From Clostridiales bacterium (GTDB lineage Bacteria > Bacillota > Clostridia > Christensenellales > Aristaeellaceae), in contig SVGT01000001.1 of NCBI GenBank assembly GCA_015056175.1, positions 77,806-141,805 on the forward strand: 64,000 nt of DNA, given 5' to 3'. The notes beneath the pieces were generated by a model, which saw only the letters and a list, made by a program, of their open reading frames with translations, did no database searches and had not been told where the DNA came from. The position numbers and the translations under genes were made by a program. Below, piece by piece: positions 8,337 to 17,368 of the stretch (position 1 is the first letter of the stretch; the number at the start of each line of letters is the position of its first letter).

Positions 8337-8952
8337 AGTCGCTATCTTTCATTAATCGACCACTACGCACTAGCTTTCCCAAGAATTCATTGGGATTATT
8401 GCGCCAATAATCATAATCACAAACAAGAATCAACCTTTTTTTGACTCGACTAACGGCTGTATTCATCACCTGCTTTCCCTTACTCTTTGGAATAAGTGAA
8501 GATGTAAACCATTTTCCTTTCCCACCTGGATCAGATACACTCAATATAACCGTGTCCCACTCTCTTCCCTGTGATCCATGGACGGTAATCACATTATCCA
8601 TATCAAAATCCAGTCTTTTGTCCTTTATTTTTTTCTTTATCAAATCTCTTTGCTTAGTATAGGGAGTGATAACGCCTACTGTATCACTATTGCCAATTTT
8701 CTGAAGCAAGGAAACAATACAATCTGCTTCAGCCGAATTTCTCCTATCATCTTCTTTCTTTTCACCATCCCGGATGACATGCTTTACACATATATCCGTT
8801 TCAATCATTTTATTTCCTTCTAATCCCTCAATATACACATCCTCTTCAAGAATGCCCGCTAGCGTTTCACCAAACCGATGCGTTTTTCGCAAACTTTTCC
8901 TCACCATTTGCGAAAACTCATACTCTTTCTGGTTCTTGTAAGTATTAAACAC
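8335..8952 (-). CDS. SF1 helicase C-terminal fragment (RecD/Upf1-like RecA2 domain), probably part of a disrupted gene
   Basis: 205 aa carrying THRFGE, VGVITPYTKQ, TVHGSQGREWDTVILS and NTAVSRVKKRLILV (SF1 motifs IV-VI). Begins at a GTG with no convincing SD, 5 nt after the stop of the upstream ORF and in a different frame. Confidence 0.7.
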   Translation of the reverse strand: MFNTYKNQKEYEFSQMVRKSLRKTHRFGETLAGILEEDVYIEGLEGNKMIETDICVKHVIRDGEKKEDDRRNSAEADCIVSLLQKIGNSDTVGVITPYTKQRDLIKKKIKDKRLDFDMDNVITVHGSQGREWDTVILSVSDPGGKGKWFTSSLIPKSKGKQVMNTAVSRVKKRLILVCDYDYWRNNPNEFLGKLVRSGRLMKDSD

Positions 8953-10277
8953 TTCTTCTAACGAGGCATTCCTTTCTTTATACGAGCTTCACTCTCCTGT
9001 AGTTCCCTCATCCTCTTATTAAGGTTGCTTTTTTGTTCTTCAAGCCGTGTTTTTTTCATTTGTATGCGTCTTTCATTCTTTACATGCGCTTCTATTACTT
9101 CATACAGCTCTTGGATTTTCCGTTTTCTAGCCCACCTAAATAAGCCGGTCTCCTCCTTTTCCTTTTTTCTAACAGCTACGCTCAACTTATCCTTATTCTT
9201 TCTTTCTTCTTCTTCTAAAACTTTATACTCACGTTCTTGAACCCACATTCTTCCTTTGTTAACTGCAATCTCGTTATCAATCTCCTCAAGATGCTTTTCA
9301 TTCTTCTCCATTTGAGTTATTGCGATTGGATACACTACCTTACACTCCGCTAGTTTTTCACAGAATCGCAGATAAGCAACATATCTAGGAAGTCTATCAA
9401 TCTGACAATCAATTTGTTCTATATCTAATTTAACTCTTTCGATTTCTTTCAACAGTGCAACTATTCTTTTTTCTCTTTGTGAATCTTCACAGATCTCTCC
9501 ATATTCTTCAAAAAACTGCTTTGTCGGAATACCCATCCTCAACGCGATTTTTTTCCATTCCTCACCCGTAGCTTCAAAAAAGCCAAAGATTCCCCTGAGC
9601 GTTTGCTCTAGAGCGTTATTCGTTGGCGCGGTAATGAGTACTTTTTTCTTTGCCTTGACATATCTTAAAACACTTTGAGCCAAAACATAACTGGTTTTTC
9701 CTGTCCCAGGAGCTCCCCATATATACGTAAATGGCTCTTCCCCTATCGCTTCAATCGCATCCTTTTGATCCACGGATAACAAATCATAAACTTCCTCATC
9801 TATTTTTGAACTATTAGGTATTACATAGTCCGGAATCTTAACCAATTCTCCATATTGTTTATACCATTCCCCCACACGCCTTACCAAAAACTTTAAATCA
9901 CTTACCAGTTTTACATCATGTGGCCTAGCTTGATTCAAACGTGCATAAGCTTCATCAGTTAAAGCCCTCACTTCAATACATCGTAATCCTTCGTCAACTT
10001 CACCAAAGCAAATATCCTCTTCATAATAGTCCAAATCATTGATCCTTACAAAACTATAGTCAAAATGTGAAACACGACCTTCTAAGTACAACAAAAACAC
10101 CTTTCCATCTTTTTCAATACGACGAATCGTGTTCTCAACTAAACCTTTATTGTTTTTTCTCAAAAACTCTAAATACCGTTCCACGCTATCGATAGCATAT
10201 CTTTGACAATCCATAGGAGCCCCCGTAATAAGTTTTTCTTATATACAAAATTGGCTGATTATTCTAATTTTCCTGCA
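8337..10277. other. AT-rich compositional island (probable horizontally acquired DNA)
   Basis: Abrupt shift from GC-rich flanks to visibly AT-rich sequence with A/T-ending codons. Bounded by hairpin terminators on both sides. Confidence 0.75.
8958..10214 (-). CDS. SF1 helicase N-terminal fragment (P-loop domain plus Lys/Glu-rich coiled-coil insert)
   Basis: 418 aa. An unrecognised ~150-aa N-terminal domain is followed by Walker A GAPGTGKTS, motif Ia LITAPTNNALE, then ~180 aa of charged coiled coil (EEEERKNKDK...KKEKEE...). No DExx Walker B is visible. Confidence 0.7.
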   Translation of the reverse strand: MDCQRYAIDSVERYLEFLRKNNKGLVENTIRRIEKDGKVFLLYLEGRVSHFDYSFVRINDLDYYEEDICFGEVDEGLRCIEVRALTDEAYARLNQARPHDVKLVSDLKFLVRRVGEWYKQYGELVKIPDYVIPNSSKIDEEVYDLLSVDQKDAIEAIGEEPFTYIWGAPGTGKTSYVLAQSVLRYVKAKKKVLITAPTNNALEQTLRGIFGFFEATGEEWKKIALRMGIPTKQFFEEYGEICEDSQREKRIVALLKEIERVKLDIEQIDCQIDRLPRYVAYLRFCEKLAECKVVYPIAITQMEKNEKHLEEIDNEIAVNKGRMWVQEREYKVLEEEERKNKDKLSVAVRKKEKEETGLFRWARKRKIQELYEVIEAHVKNERRIQMKKTRLEEQKSNLNKRMRELQESEARIKKGMPR

Positions 10278-10313
10278 ACAAAAAGCGGAAGCCTTGCGGC
10301 TTCCGCTTTTTTT
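10278..10313. terminator. Bidirectional hairpin terminator (pgcA 3' end, right edge of the island)
   Basis: Stem GCGGAAGCC/GGCTTCCGC (10285..10293 and 10298..10306) with loop ttgc, A5 upstream and T7 downstream. Confidence 0.8.
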
Positions 10314-10326
10314 ACCTATTTGTCCT

Positions 10327-12036
10327 TTATGCCTTGAGCTTTTCGGTGATGGCGGCGAAGGCGTTCTGCCAGTCCTTGAGGAGCTGGTCCGCTTCTTCGG
10401 GGCTGTCGCCGCGCACGGCATGGTAGATCTTCAGCTTGGGCTCGGTGCCGCTGGGACGGACCACGGCGGTCACGCGTTCGCCAAAGTAGAACTTGAGCAC
10501 GTTGGACTTGGGCAGCGTCATGGTGACGGCTTCGCCCGTTTCCACGTTCAGATCCTGATGGGTCAGGTAATCCTGCACACGCTTGAGAGGCAGATCCATC
10601 ACGCACTTGGGAGGATCATTGCGCAGCGCGTCCATGATGGCGGCCATCTTCTTCATGCCGTCCTGACCGGGCAGGCTGTGGTTTTCCAGACCGTTTCGGA
10701 AGGCGCCGTACTTCTTTTCGCACTCGCGCAGCGCATCGGCCAGCGTCATGCCCTTGGCCTTGTAGTAGGCGGTCATGCGGCAGATCACCAGAGAAGCGTT
10801 CACGCCGTCCTTATCGCGCACGGAAGTGCCGGTCAGGTAGCCGTAGCTCTCTTCGTAGCCCATCAGATAGCTTTCGGGACGGCCTTCGCTCTCCAGCAGA
10901 CCCATCTGTTCGCCGATGTACTTGAAGCCGGTGAGCACGTCGCGCATTTCCACACCGTAGGCTTCCGCCACACGGCGGGCCATATCGGTGGTCACGATGG
11001 TCTTCACGGCCACGGGAGTCTTGGGCATGGTGCCTTCGGCCACGCGCTTCTGGCAGATGTAGTCCAGCATCAGCACGCCCATTTCGTTACCGGAAATCAG
11101 GCGCTGGCTTTCGCCATCCCACACGGCGGTACCCACGCGGTCGCAGTCGGGGTCGGTGGCCAGCAGCAGATCGGCGCCCTTTTCCTTCATCAGTTCCAGG
11201 CCCAGCTGCAGCGCTTCCTTGATTTCGGGGTTGGGATAGGGGCAGGTGGCGAAGGTGGGATCGGGCTTTTCCTGCTGAGGCACGATGGTCACGTCGGAGA
11301 AGCCGTTCATGGCCAGGATGCGGGTCACAGGCATACGGCCGGTGCCGTTGAGGGGGGTGTAGACGATCTTCAGGTTGGCGGCTTCCTTTTCGCAGCCGGG
11401 AGCCAGCTGGCTCACCATGGCCAGGTACTTGTCGATGAGCGCATCGGGGATGTACTCGATACGGCCGTCCTTCAGGCACTCGTCAAAGTCGGCCTTGCCG
11501 CTGTCAAAATAGCCCTGGGTGGCGATGGCAGCTTCCACGGCATGGGCGTCGTCATCCGTCATCTGGCAGCCGTCGGGGCCGTAGACCTTATAGCCGTTGT
11601 AGATGGCGGGGTTATGGCTGGCAGTCACCACGATGCCGCCGTCGCAGTGCAGTTCGCGCACGGCGTAGGACAGCATGGGGGTGGGCATCAGTTCGCTGTA
11701 GATATGCACCTTCACACCGGCGCCGGCCAGGATGCAGGCGGCTTCGCGGGCAAACAGGTCGCTGTTCTTGCGGTTGTCATGGCCGATGGCCACCACGGGA
11801 TGCTCATACTTTTCCACCAGATACTTGGCCAGACCGCGGGTGGCACGGCCAACGGTGTACACGTTCATGCGGTTGCTGCCTGCGCCGATCACGCCGCGCA
11901 GACCGCCGGTACCAAAGGCCAGTTCGCTGTAAAAGCGATCCTCAATGGCATTTTCGTCATTGCGGATGCTCTCCAGTTCCTGCTTCACTTCCGGATCGCT
12001 GACGTTTGCCAGCCAGCGCTCGTATTGCTGATTCAT
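10327..12036 (-). CDS. pgcA: Phosphoglucomutase / phospho-sugar mutase
   Basis: 569 aa with the active-site loop TASHNPAIYNGYKVY, metal loop ATDPDCDRVG, and sugar and phosphate loops. Confidence 0.92.
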   Translation of the reverse strand: MNQQYERWLANVSDPEVKQELESIRNDENAIEDRFYSELAFGTGGLRGVIGAGSNRMNVYTVGRATRGLAKYLVEKYEHPVVAIGHDNRKNSDLFAREAACILAGAGVKVHIYSELMPTPMLSYAVRELHCDGGIVVTASHNPAIYNGYKVYGPDGCQMTDDDAHAVEAAIATQGYFDSGKADFDECLKDGRIEYIPDALIDKYLAMVSQLAPGCEKEAANLKIVYTPLNGTGRMPVTRILAMNGFSDVTIVPQQEKPDPTFATCPYPNPEIKEALQLGLELMKEKGADLLLATDPDCDRVGTAVWDGESQRLISGNEMGVLMLDYICQKRVAEGTMPKTPVAVKTIVTTDMARRVAEAYGVEMRDVLTGFKYIGEQMGLLESEGRPESYLMGYEESYGYLTGTSVRDKDGVNASLVICRMTAYYKAKGMTLADALRECEKKYGAFRNGLENHSLPGQDGMKKMAAIMDALRNDPPKCVMDLPLKRVQDYLTHQDLNVETGEAVTMTLPKSNVLKFYFGERVTAVVRPSGTEPKLKIYHAVRGDSPEEADQLLKDWQNAFAAITEKLKA

Positions 12037-12090
12037 GATGACATGCTCCCTTTCATATTCAAATTATCGATATTGGCAATATTCGCCAAA

Positions 12091-13296
12091 TCATTTCTTT
12101 TTCCTGCTCCGCATTTTTTCAAAATAACGGATGATGGGTTTTTCAAACCCGTAGGTCAGTATCGCGCCCAGCAAAATGGGCAGGAGAAAGCTGCACAGCG
12201 TAAACACGGGCTGCCAGGGCCACTCGCTGTCCCGGTTGGGCGTCTCGCTGACAGAGGGGATCAGCCGCCGCTCCCTGATCTGCACGCACAGCACCTGATG
12301 GTACATATAAAACTGGAAGGAGATGGCAGAGAGAAACCGCATCACCCGATTGCCCAGCACAAATCTGACGCCTGCGGATGCAAAGCAGGCCGATATCATC
12401 AGCACCAGCAGGCACAAAGCCAGCGGGAAGCGGTGGGCCATCTGCCCCAGGCGGATACCCTCCTGACCGCTAGAGGAGGCCTGCGCCTTTGCGATGTACA
12501 CAAGCAGTATCACGCACAAAAGACAGATCAAAGAAAACAGCCGCTTTTCCTTTTTACCGCTTTGAAGCAGTTTTCCCCGCAGTGCCACAAAGGCGTCCGC
12601 GCCGATGAAGCCCAGGGCGTACACGTCCAGAAACGCGGGCAGCTGGTTAAACCACATGCGGGTATCCGTAAGCGTGCTCACATAGGCACGGAACACAAAC
12701 GCACAGGTCATCATGCCCAGCGCCGTCAGCATGGGCTTCTTTTTGTAGCACCTTCCCAGCAGCGGGAAGAGCAGATAGAACCACCATTCCACGCCCACCG
12801 TCCACAGTCCGCCGTTAATGGGACTGCCGTAGTAGGTATCGTAGAAAAAAGTGTGGGTAAACGTCAGATGGGTGACCAGATCCTTGGCCATGTACGCGCC
12901 GTTGCCGTTATATTTTTCAACAGCCAGAAAGAAAAACAGGATCACATTCAGCGCATAGGAGGGCCAGATACGCAAAAAGCGCTTGAGCAAAAACGGCCCG
13001 ACGGGCGGCATCTTGCCCATTTCCGCTCTGGCGTAGGGCAGATAGAGCAGAAACCCGCTGAGCAGGATCAGCCCATCCACCCAGATATAGCCCGACCGCA
13101 GCAGAAAATCCAGGCTGTAGCGCTGCCCAAACAGCGTAAAATGGGGCGTCAGCCAGCTTTGCTGCCAGATATGGAACGCGCCCACCAGCAGCACCAGCAC
13201 GGCGCGCACGCCGTCCAGCACGTCGATATACCTGTCGCCCACCGGTTGATTGTACTTTTCAAACGGGGCAGGTTTCTTGAGCGTTATACTCTGCAT
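12091..13296 (-). CDS. Acyltransferase family 3 membrane protein
   Basis: 401 aa, ~10 TM. The N-terminal DGVRAVLVLLVGAFHIWQ motif is typical of acyltransferase_3 O-acyltransferases. Confidence 0.8.
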   Translation of the reverse strand: MQSITLKKPAPFEKYNQPVGDRYIDVLDGVRAVLVLLVGAFHIWQQSWLTPHFTLFGQRYSLDFLLRSGYIWVDGLILLSGFLLYLPYARAEMGKMPPVGPFLLKRFLRIWPSYALNVILFFFLAVEKYNGNGAYMAKDLVTHLTFTHTFFYDTYYGSPINGGLWTVGVEWWFYLLFPLLGRCYKKKPMLTALGMMTCAFVFRAYVSTLTDTRMWFNQLPAFLDVYALGFIGADAFVALRGKLLQSGKKEKRLFSLICLLCVILLVYIAKAQASSSGQEGIRLGQMAHRFPLALCLLVLMISACFASAGVRFVLGNRVMRFLSAISFQFYMYHQVLCVQIRERRLIPSVSETPNRDSEWPWQPVFTLCSFLLPILLGAILTYGFEKPIIRYFEKMRSRKKK

Positions 13297-13299
13297 TGG

Positions 13300-16113
13300 T
13301 TACTCCGCAGGACTCATGCGATAGATGAGGTTCTTCTGTTCATTCTTCAGATCCAGCACGTCCTCCTTGCACTTGAGGATGTTGAACACATATTCCATAT
13401 CCTCAAATTCCGCCGTATCGCCCAGGAAAATGGCGTACTGCGTGGCGTAGAAGCAGTATTCATCGCCGTCCACCGTGCAGGTGCCGTCCCGGCGGAAGCT
13501 CATTTGGGCGCCCTTGCTGCTCACCCAGTCGCCCAGCAGCCTGTAGCAGGTGCGCGTCAGCTTTTTGGTGCTCACGTCGCCGTAATCGGGGATCTGCTCA
13601 TAATAGGGCAGCGCCTGGTAGGGATACTTATCCTTATAAAGCATTTCGGCGTACTCGTATACGGATTCCTGATAGATATCCTCCAGCTCCTCAAACTTTT
13701 CGGGCAGGTAGGAAAGATCCAGACTGCCGATGGCGTCGATCACGCCCTTGTAATCCTTTTCCGCATAGGCGTTGGCGGCGCTTTCGTAAGAATCCAGGTA
13801 GTAGGCGTCAAAGCATTCCTCGGCGCGCACTTTGGCGTCCTGATAATCGCCGGCCTTGGCAAATTCCTCCGCCGCGCGGGCATACTGCCCGGAAGCGAGC
13901 ATCTCCTCGCCCAGCGCATATACCGTCTGCTGATACAGCTCGCGGGCATTCATATAATCGGTGATGTTGAGCAGGTATTGGGCGGCCTGTTCGGTTTCGC
14001 CGTCCTCCAGCGCACTCAGCGCCAGCGTATACATGCATTCATCGTAATGAGCGGTGGAATCCTCATAATTCCAGATCAGGGCAAACACCTCCGCGGCGCC
14101 TGCCACATCGCCCTTCACCTTCAGATCCAGCGCCATCTGGTACCGGGCCTTTACTAAAAGCTCCTGGGTATCCTCGTATTCCAGGGTCATTTCAAACAGC
14201 CGGATAGCGTCTGCATACAGCCCTTCATTCAGCTTGGCGGAGGCTTTCCGGTAACGGGCGGAGGTCAGCTGATCTTTGCTGTCGCTGTACTCGCCAAGCG
14301 CCTCAAAGGCACTGATGGCGCCGTCGTAATCCCCAGCCTCAAAGAGCGCCGCAGCCTGACGGTAGCGCAACTGCTGGATAAACTCGGGCACGTCCTTATA
14401 ATCGGCAATCTGGTTGAAGCAATCAAGCGCCGCCTCCAGATCATCCTGCGCAGAGAGCGCAGCGCCCTTTTCGTAGAGGCAATCCTTGCGGGCAGCGATG
14501 GCGTCCTCCATCTCCGGCACCTGATCAAAGAAGGAAAGCGCCTCGTCATATTCGCCCATTTCCATGGCGTTCATGCCCTGCTGGTAGATACATTTCTGCC
14601 ACATCTCTCCGGCGTCGGCATAGCTCATCACCTTGGCAAACATCTCGGCTGCCGCAGCATAAGCGCCGCTTTCCATCATGGCCACAGCGGGCTCATACAG
14701 GCACTGATAGGCACGGCGCAGCGAATCGGAATAATCCTCGCACAGGAGGAAATAATCCGCCGCCAGTTCGTATTCCTGCTGATTAAAATACTGATCGCCC
14801 GCCATGTAATAGGCCACCTTGATCTGGTAGGCGCTGTCGCGGTAGTCCATGATGCCCTCAAAAGCGGCAATGGCCTTGAGTGCGTCGCCCTGGTTGAGCA
14901 ATTGCAGCGCAGGCTGGTACAGGCATTCCATGGCCATTTCATCCGCATTTCGGTATCCGGAAAGCGCCAGATACTGGCTGCGGGCACTTTCATAATCGCC
15001 CTGGGTGAAAGCGTCCTCCGCCTTGGCATAGCGGCAGATGAGCAGCTTATCCGCGCTGTCCTGATAGCTTTCCACCTGGGTGTACATGTCGATGGCCTTG
15101 TCCCACTGGGAGGCGGCCAGATATTTTTCCGCCTGGATGTAGCGGGCTTCTTTTGCCTTGTCCGCGCTGTCCTTATAATCGCCCAGCGCATCAAAGCCCT
15201 GCTGCGCCACCTGCAAAGAGGTATAGGTGCCGCCGTTCAGCGACGCCACGGCGCTCTGATAATCGCACTCCACCGCCATATCTGCACTGTCGCGGTAGCT
15301 TTCCAGCGCCAGGAACTGGGATTTGGCCGTGGCATACTGCCCGTTTTCCAGCGAGCGGGTGGCCACTGTATAGCGGTAATAGGGGATGCCGTGGAACACC
15401 GTGCCGTACGCAAGGGCCGCCAGGAGCACAGCGCTTACCGCGGAGGTGATGATCATCCTGCGGCGCTTTTTGCGGCGGCGCTTTTCCTCCTCCATGCGCT
15501 TCTGGTTTTCGGCAGCCTCCTGACGGGCGCGGCGTTCTTCTTCCTCCGCCTCGTTTTCACGCTTGAAGATGATTTTTTCCACTGCGGCCTGATTGAGCTT
15601 GGTAAACACGTCGTGCTTATCCCTGCCGCAGCGGCGGCAGCTTTCGTCCTGAGCGCCGTTGGGACGGGCGCACACGCAGACCCACACGCCGCCCTGATCG
15701 GAGGGGAAGCATACCGCATCGCCGCCGGCCAGTTCTTTCAGCACCTGCAGACGCTTGCCCTGCTGATGCACGGGCGGCACAAAGGAGCGGCTCTCGTTCA
15801 TCCCGCGGCGCCACAGACCGCCGTCCTCAAACCACACCTTGTCAATGAGCACCTCAATGTCCATGGCCAGTGCGGCGTCCTCTGCCGACACCTCGGTTTC
15901 AAACACATGGCGCGTGGGCACGGCGTCCATCCGCACCCGCTCCACATGGCGCGCGAACTGCACGCCCATATCGTCATAGCACAAAATGCACACCTGTACG
16001 GACGTGACCGCCTTTTCGGACAGGTTGAACATCTGCATGCTGCAAACAGGATATTCAGGCGTGGGAATGCGGCAATTCCACAATTCCACGGGACAGGTCA
16101 AATCAACGCGCAT
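13300..16113 (-). CDS. Large membrane protein: N-terminal domain + Cys4 zinc ribbon + TM + ~15 TPR-like repeats
   Basis: 937 aa from ATG 16113 (GGAGGAG SD). CVCARPNG..CRRCGRDK ribbon, E/R/K coiled stretch, TM MIITSAVSAVLLAALAYGTVF, then repeats of ~37 aa with signature G.Y..A...F..L..Y.DS. Confidence 0.75.
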   Translation of the reverse strand: MRVDLTCPVELWNCRIPTPEYPVCSMQMFNLSEKAVTSVQVCILCYDDMGVQFARHVERVRMDAVPTRHVFETEVSAEDAALAMDIEVLIDKVWFEDGGLWRRGMNESRSFVPPVHQQGKRLQVLKELAGGDAVCFPSDQGGVWVCVCARPNGAQDESCRRCGRDKHDVFTKLNQAAVEKIIFKRENEAEEEERRARQEAAENQKRMEEEKRRRKKRRRMIITSAVSAVLLAALAYGTVFHGIPYYRYTVATRSLENGQYATAKSQFLALESYRDSADMAVECDYQSAVASLNGGTYTSLQVAQQGFDALGDYKDSADKAKEARYIQAEKYLAASQWDKAIDMYTQVESYQDSADKLLICRYAKAEDAFTQGDYESARSQYLALSGYRNADEMAMECLYQPALQLLNQGDALKAIAAFEGIMDYRDSAYQIKVAYYMAGDQYFNQQEYELAADYFLLCEDYSDSLRRAYQCLYEPAVAMMESGAYAAAAEMFAKVMSYADAGEMWQKCIYQQGMNAMEMGEYDEALSFFDQVPEMEDAIAARKDCLYEKGAALSAQDDLEAALDCFNQIADYKDVPEFIQQLRYRQAAALFEAGDYDGAISAFEALGEYSDSKDQLTSARYRKASAKLNEGLYADAIRLFEMTLEYEDTQELLVKARYQMALDLKVKGDVAGAAEVFALIWNYEDSTAHYDECMYTLALSALEDGETEQAAQYLLNITDYMNARELYQQTVYALGEEMLASGQYARAAEEFAKAGDYQDAKVRAEECFDAYYLDSYESAANAYAEKDYKGVIDAIGSLDLSYLPEKFEELEDIYQESVYEYAEMLYKDKYPYQALPYYEQIPDYGDVSTKKLTRTCYRLLGDWVSSKGAQMSFRRDGTCTVDGDEYCFYATQYAIFLGDTAEFEDMEYVFNILKCKEDVLDLKNEQKNLIYRMSPAE

Positions 16114-16152
16114 GTCCTCTCCTCCAAGCATCAAAAGGTATCGAAGGGCAAA

Positions 16153-17331
16153 TTATTGTGCATCCAGCACGGCCAGCATGAAGCCGGACAGCGTCATATC
16201 CGTGCAGTTGAGATAGAGCGCCACGGTGCAATCCGGCGCAGGAGCCAGATAGGTCAGATACGCGCCGCTGTCTTCATAGCGCACTTCGCCGTAGGGCGCA
16301 GCGCCGTTTTCGCCGTAGAGCACGGTGGCACTGCCGTCAAAGCCGCCTTCGCCGTGGCGGAAGCGCAGCATCAGGGAAGTGACGCTGTCGCCCACGCGCA
16401 CGCCGCGGGGGCCTTCCATGAGGGGCGTCAGCACGTGCAGGTTTTCAACGCCCAGCAGATTTTTGTTTTCGTCATAGCGCAGGGAAAGCTCAATGCCGTC
16501 CCAGGCGCAGATGCGGATGTAGGTACCGTCCTCATCCTTCAGGTACTGATCCTCCCTGGGCGCGCCGAAGCGCTCGCTGAGTTCCTCCTCGGTCAGGGAC
16601 AAAAAGTCCACGCCGGAGAAGAACAGATCCTCCCGCGCAAACATATCCAGCACGCTGCCGTCCTCGCTGACGGGATAATGGCGGTAGTCCATTTCCTCCT
16701 GCAGGAGGGCAAAATATGCCAGCTCGCTCTCGGCATTTTCCACGCCGTGAGCGCCGCTTACCGTCACATAGGTCAGATAATTCTCGGCAAAATGGTACGT
16801 AACCTCTGCGCGGACGGTTTCGCCGCCCACCGTTTCATAGGCATAATAGGTGACCGTTTCCACCTTCTGGCCGTCGCGGGAGGCCACGCCTACAAAGGCG
16901 CTGCCGGGCAATTCGCCCATCATCATGACCACGGCTTCTTCATAGGTGCCGTACAGATTTTCGTTGGCGCAGGGATAGGCCGCCAGCACATTTTCCAGCG
17001 TGGCGCCCTGCGTTTCCTCGCTCTCCTGCACAGCCGCGCTGAGCTGGCGCAGATCTTCCCTGTCCCGGTTCAGCTGCGCGCCCACCACGGCGCTGTCCTC
17101 CCGCAGGGCGTCATCGGCCAGATGCAGCACGCCGCCTGCAAAGGCCGCGCTGTAGCCGCCGTTTTCATCGGGCACCACAGTCAGGGCGCCGTCTTCCAGG
17201 GCTTCCTTGCGCATCTCTTCCAGGAACGCGTTCACCTCGTCCACCGTCAGCGGCGCCATCTCTTCACCGGCTGCGGAAAACAGGGGCATGGCAAGACACA
17301 TAACCAACACAAAAATCATCAATCTTTTCAC
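16153..17331 (-). CDS. Secreted protein of unknown function
   Basis: 392 aa with signal peptide MKRLMIFVLVMCLAMPLFSAAG. No recognised motifs. Lies 39 nt upstream of and co-oriented with the TPR-like protein gene. Confidence 0.6.
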   Translation of the reverse strand: MKRLMIFVLVMCLAMPLFSAAGEEMAPLTVDEVNAFLEEMRKEALEDGALTVVPDENGGYSAAFAGGVLHLADDALREDSAVVGAQLNRDREDLRQLSAAVQESEETQGATLENVLAAYPCANENLYGTYEEAVVMMMGELPGSAFVGVASRDGQKVETVTYYAYETVGGETVRAEVTYHFAENYLTYVTVSGAHGVENAESELAYFALLQEEMDYRHYPVSEDGSVLDMFAREDLFFSGVDFLSLTEEELSERFGAPREDQYLKDEDGTYIRICAWDGIELSLRYDENKNLLGVENLHVLTPLMEGPRGVRVGDSVTSLMLRFRHGEGGFDGSATVLYGENGAAPYGEVRYEDSGAYLTYLAPAPDCTVALYLNCTDMTLSGFMLAVLDAQ

Positions 17332-17368
17332 AAAAAGCTCCTTTCAGGCCCGTGGCCTTCCACAAAAA

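Noticed and set aside
8441-9240. Three plus-strand ORFs (73, 81 and 71 aa) inside the AT-rich island.
   Set aside because: They are antisense to the helicase fragments and have Phe/Ile/Ser/Leu-rich translations typical of the reverse complement of Lys/Glu-rich coding sequence. No SD.
10294-14157. 1287-aa plus-strand ORF.
   Set aside because: It is antisense to pgcA, the acyltransferase and the TPR-like gene, all of which have clear motifs. Its translation is H/G/A/Q/R-rich with no domain signature, so it is a GC-driven artefact.
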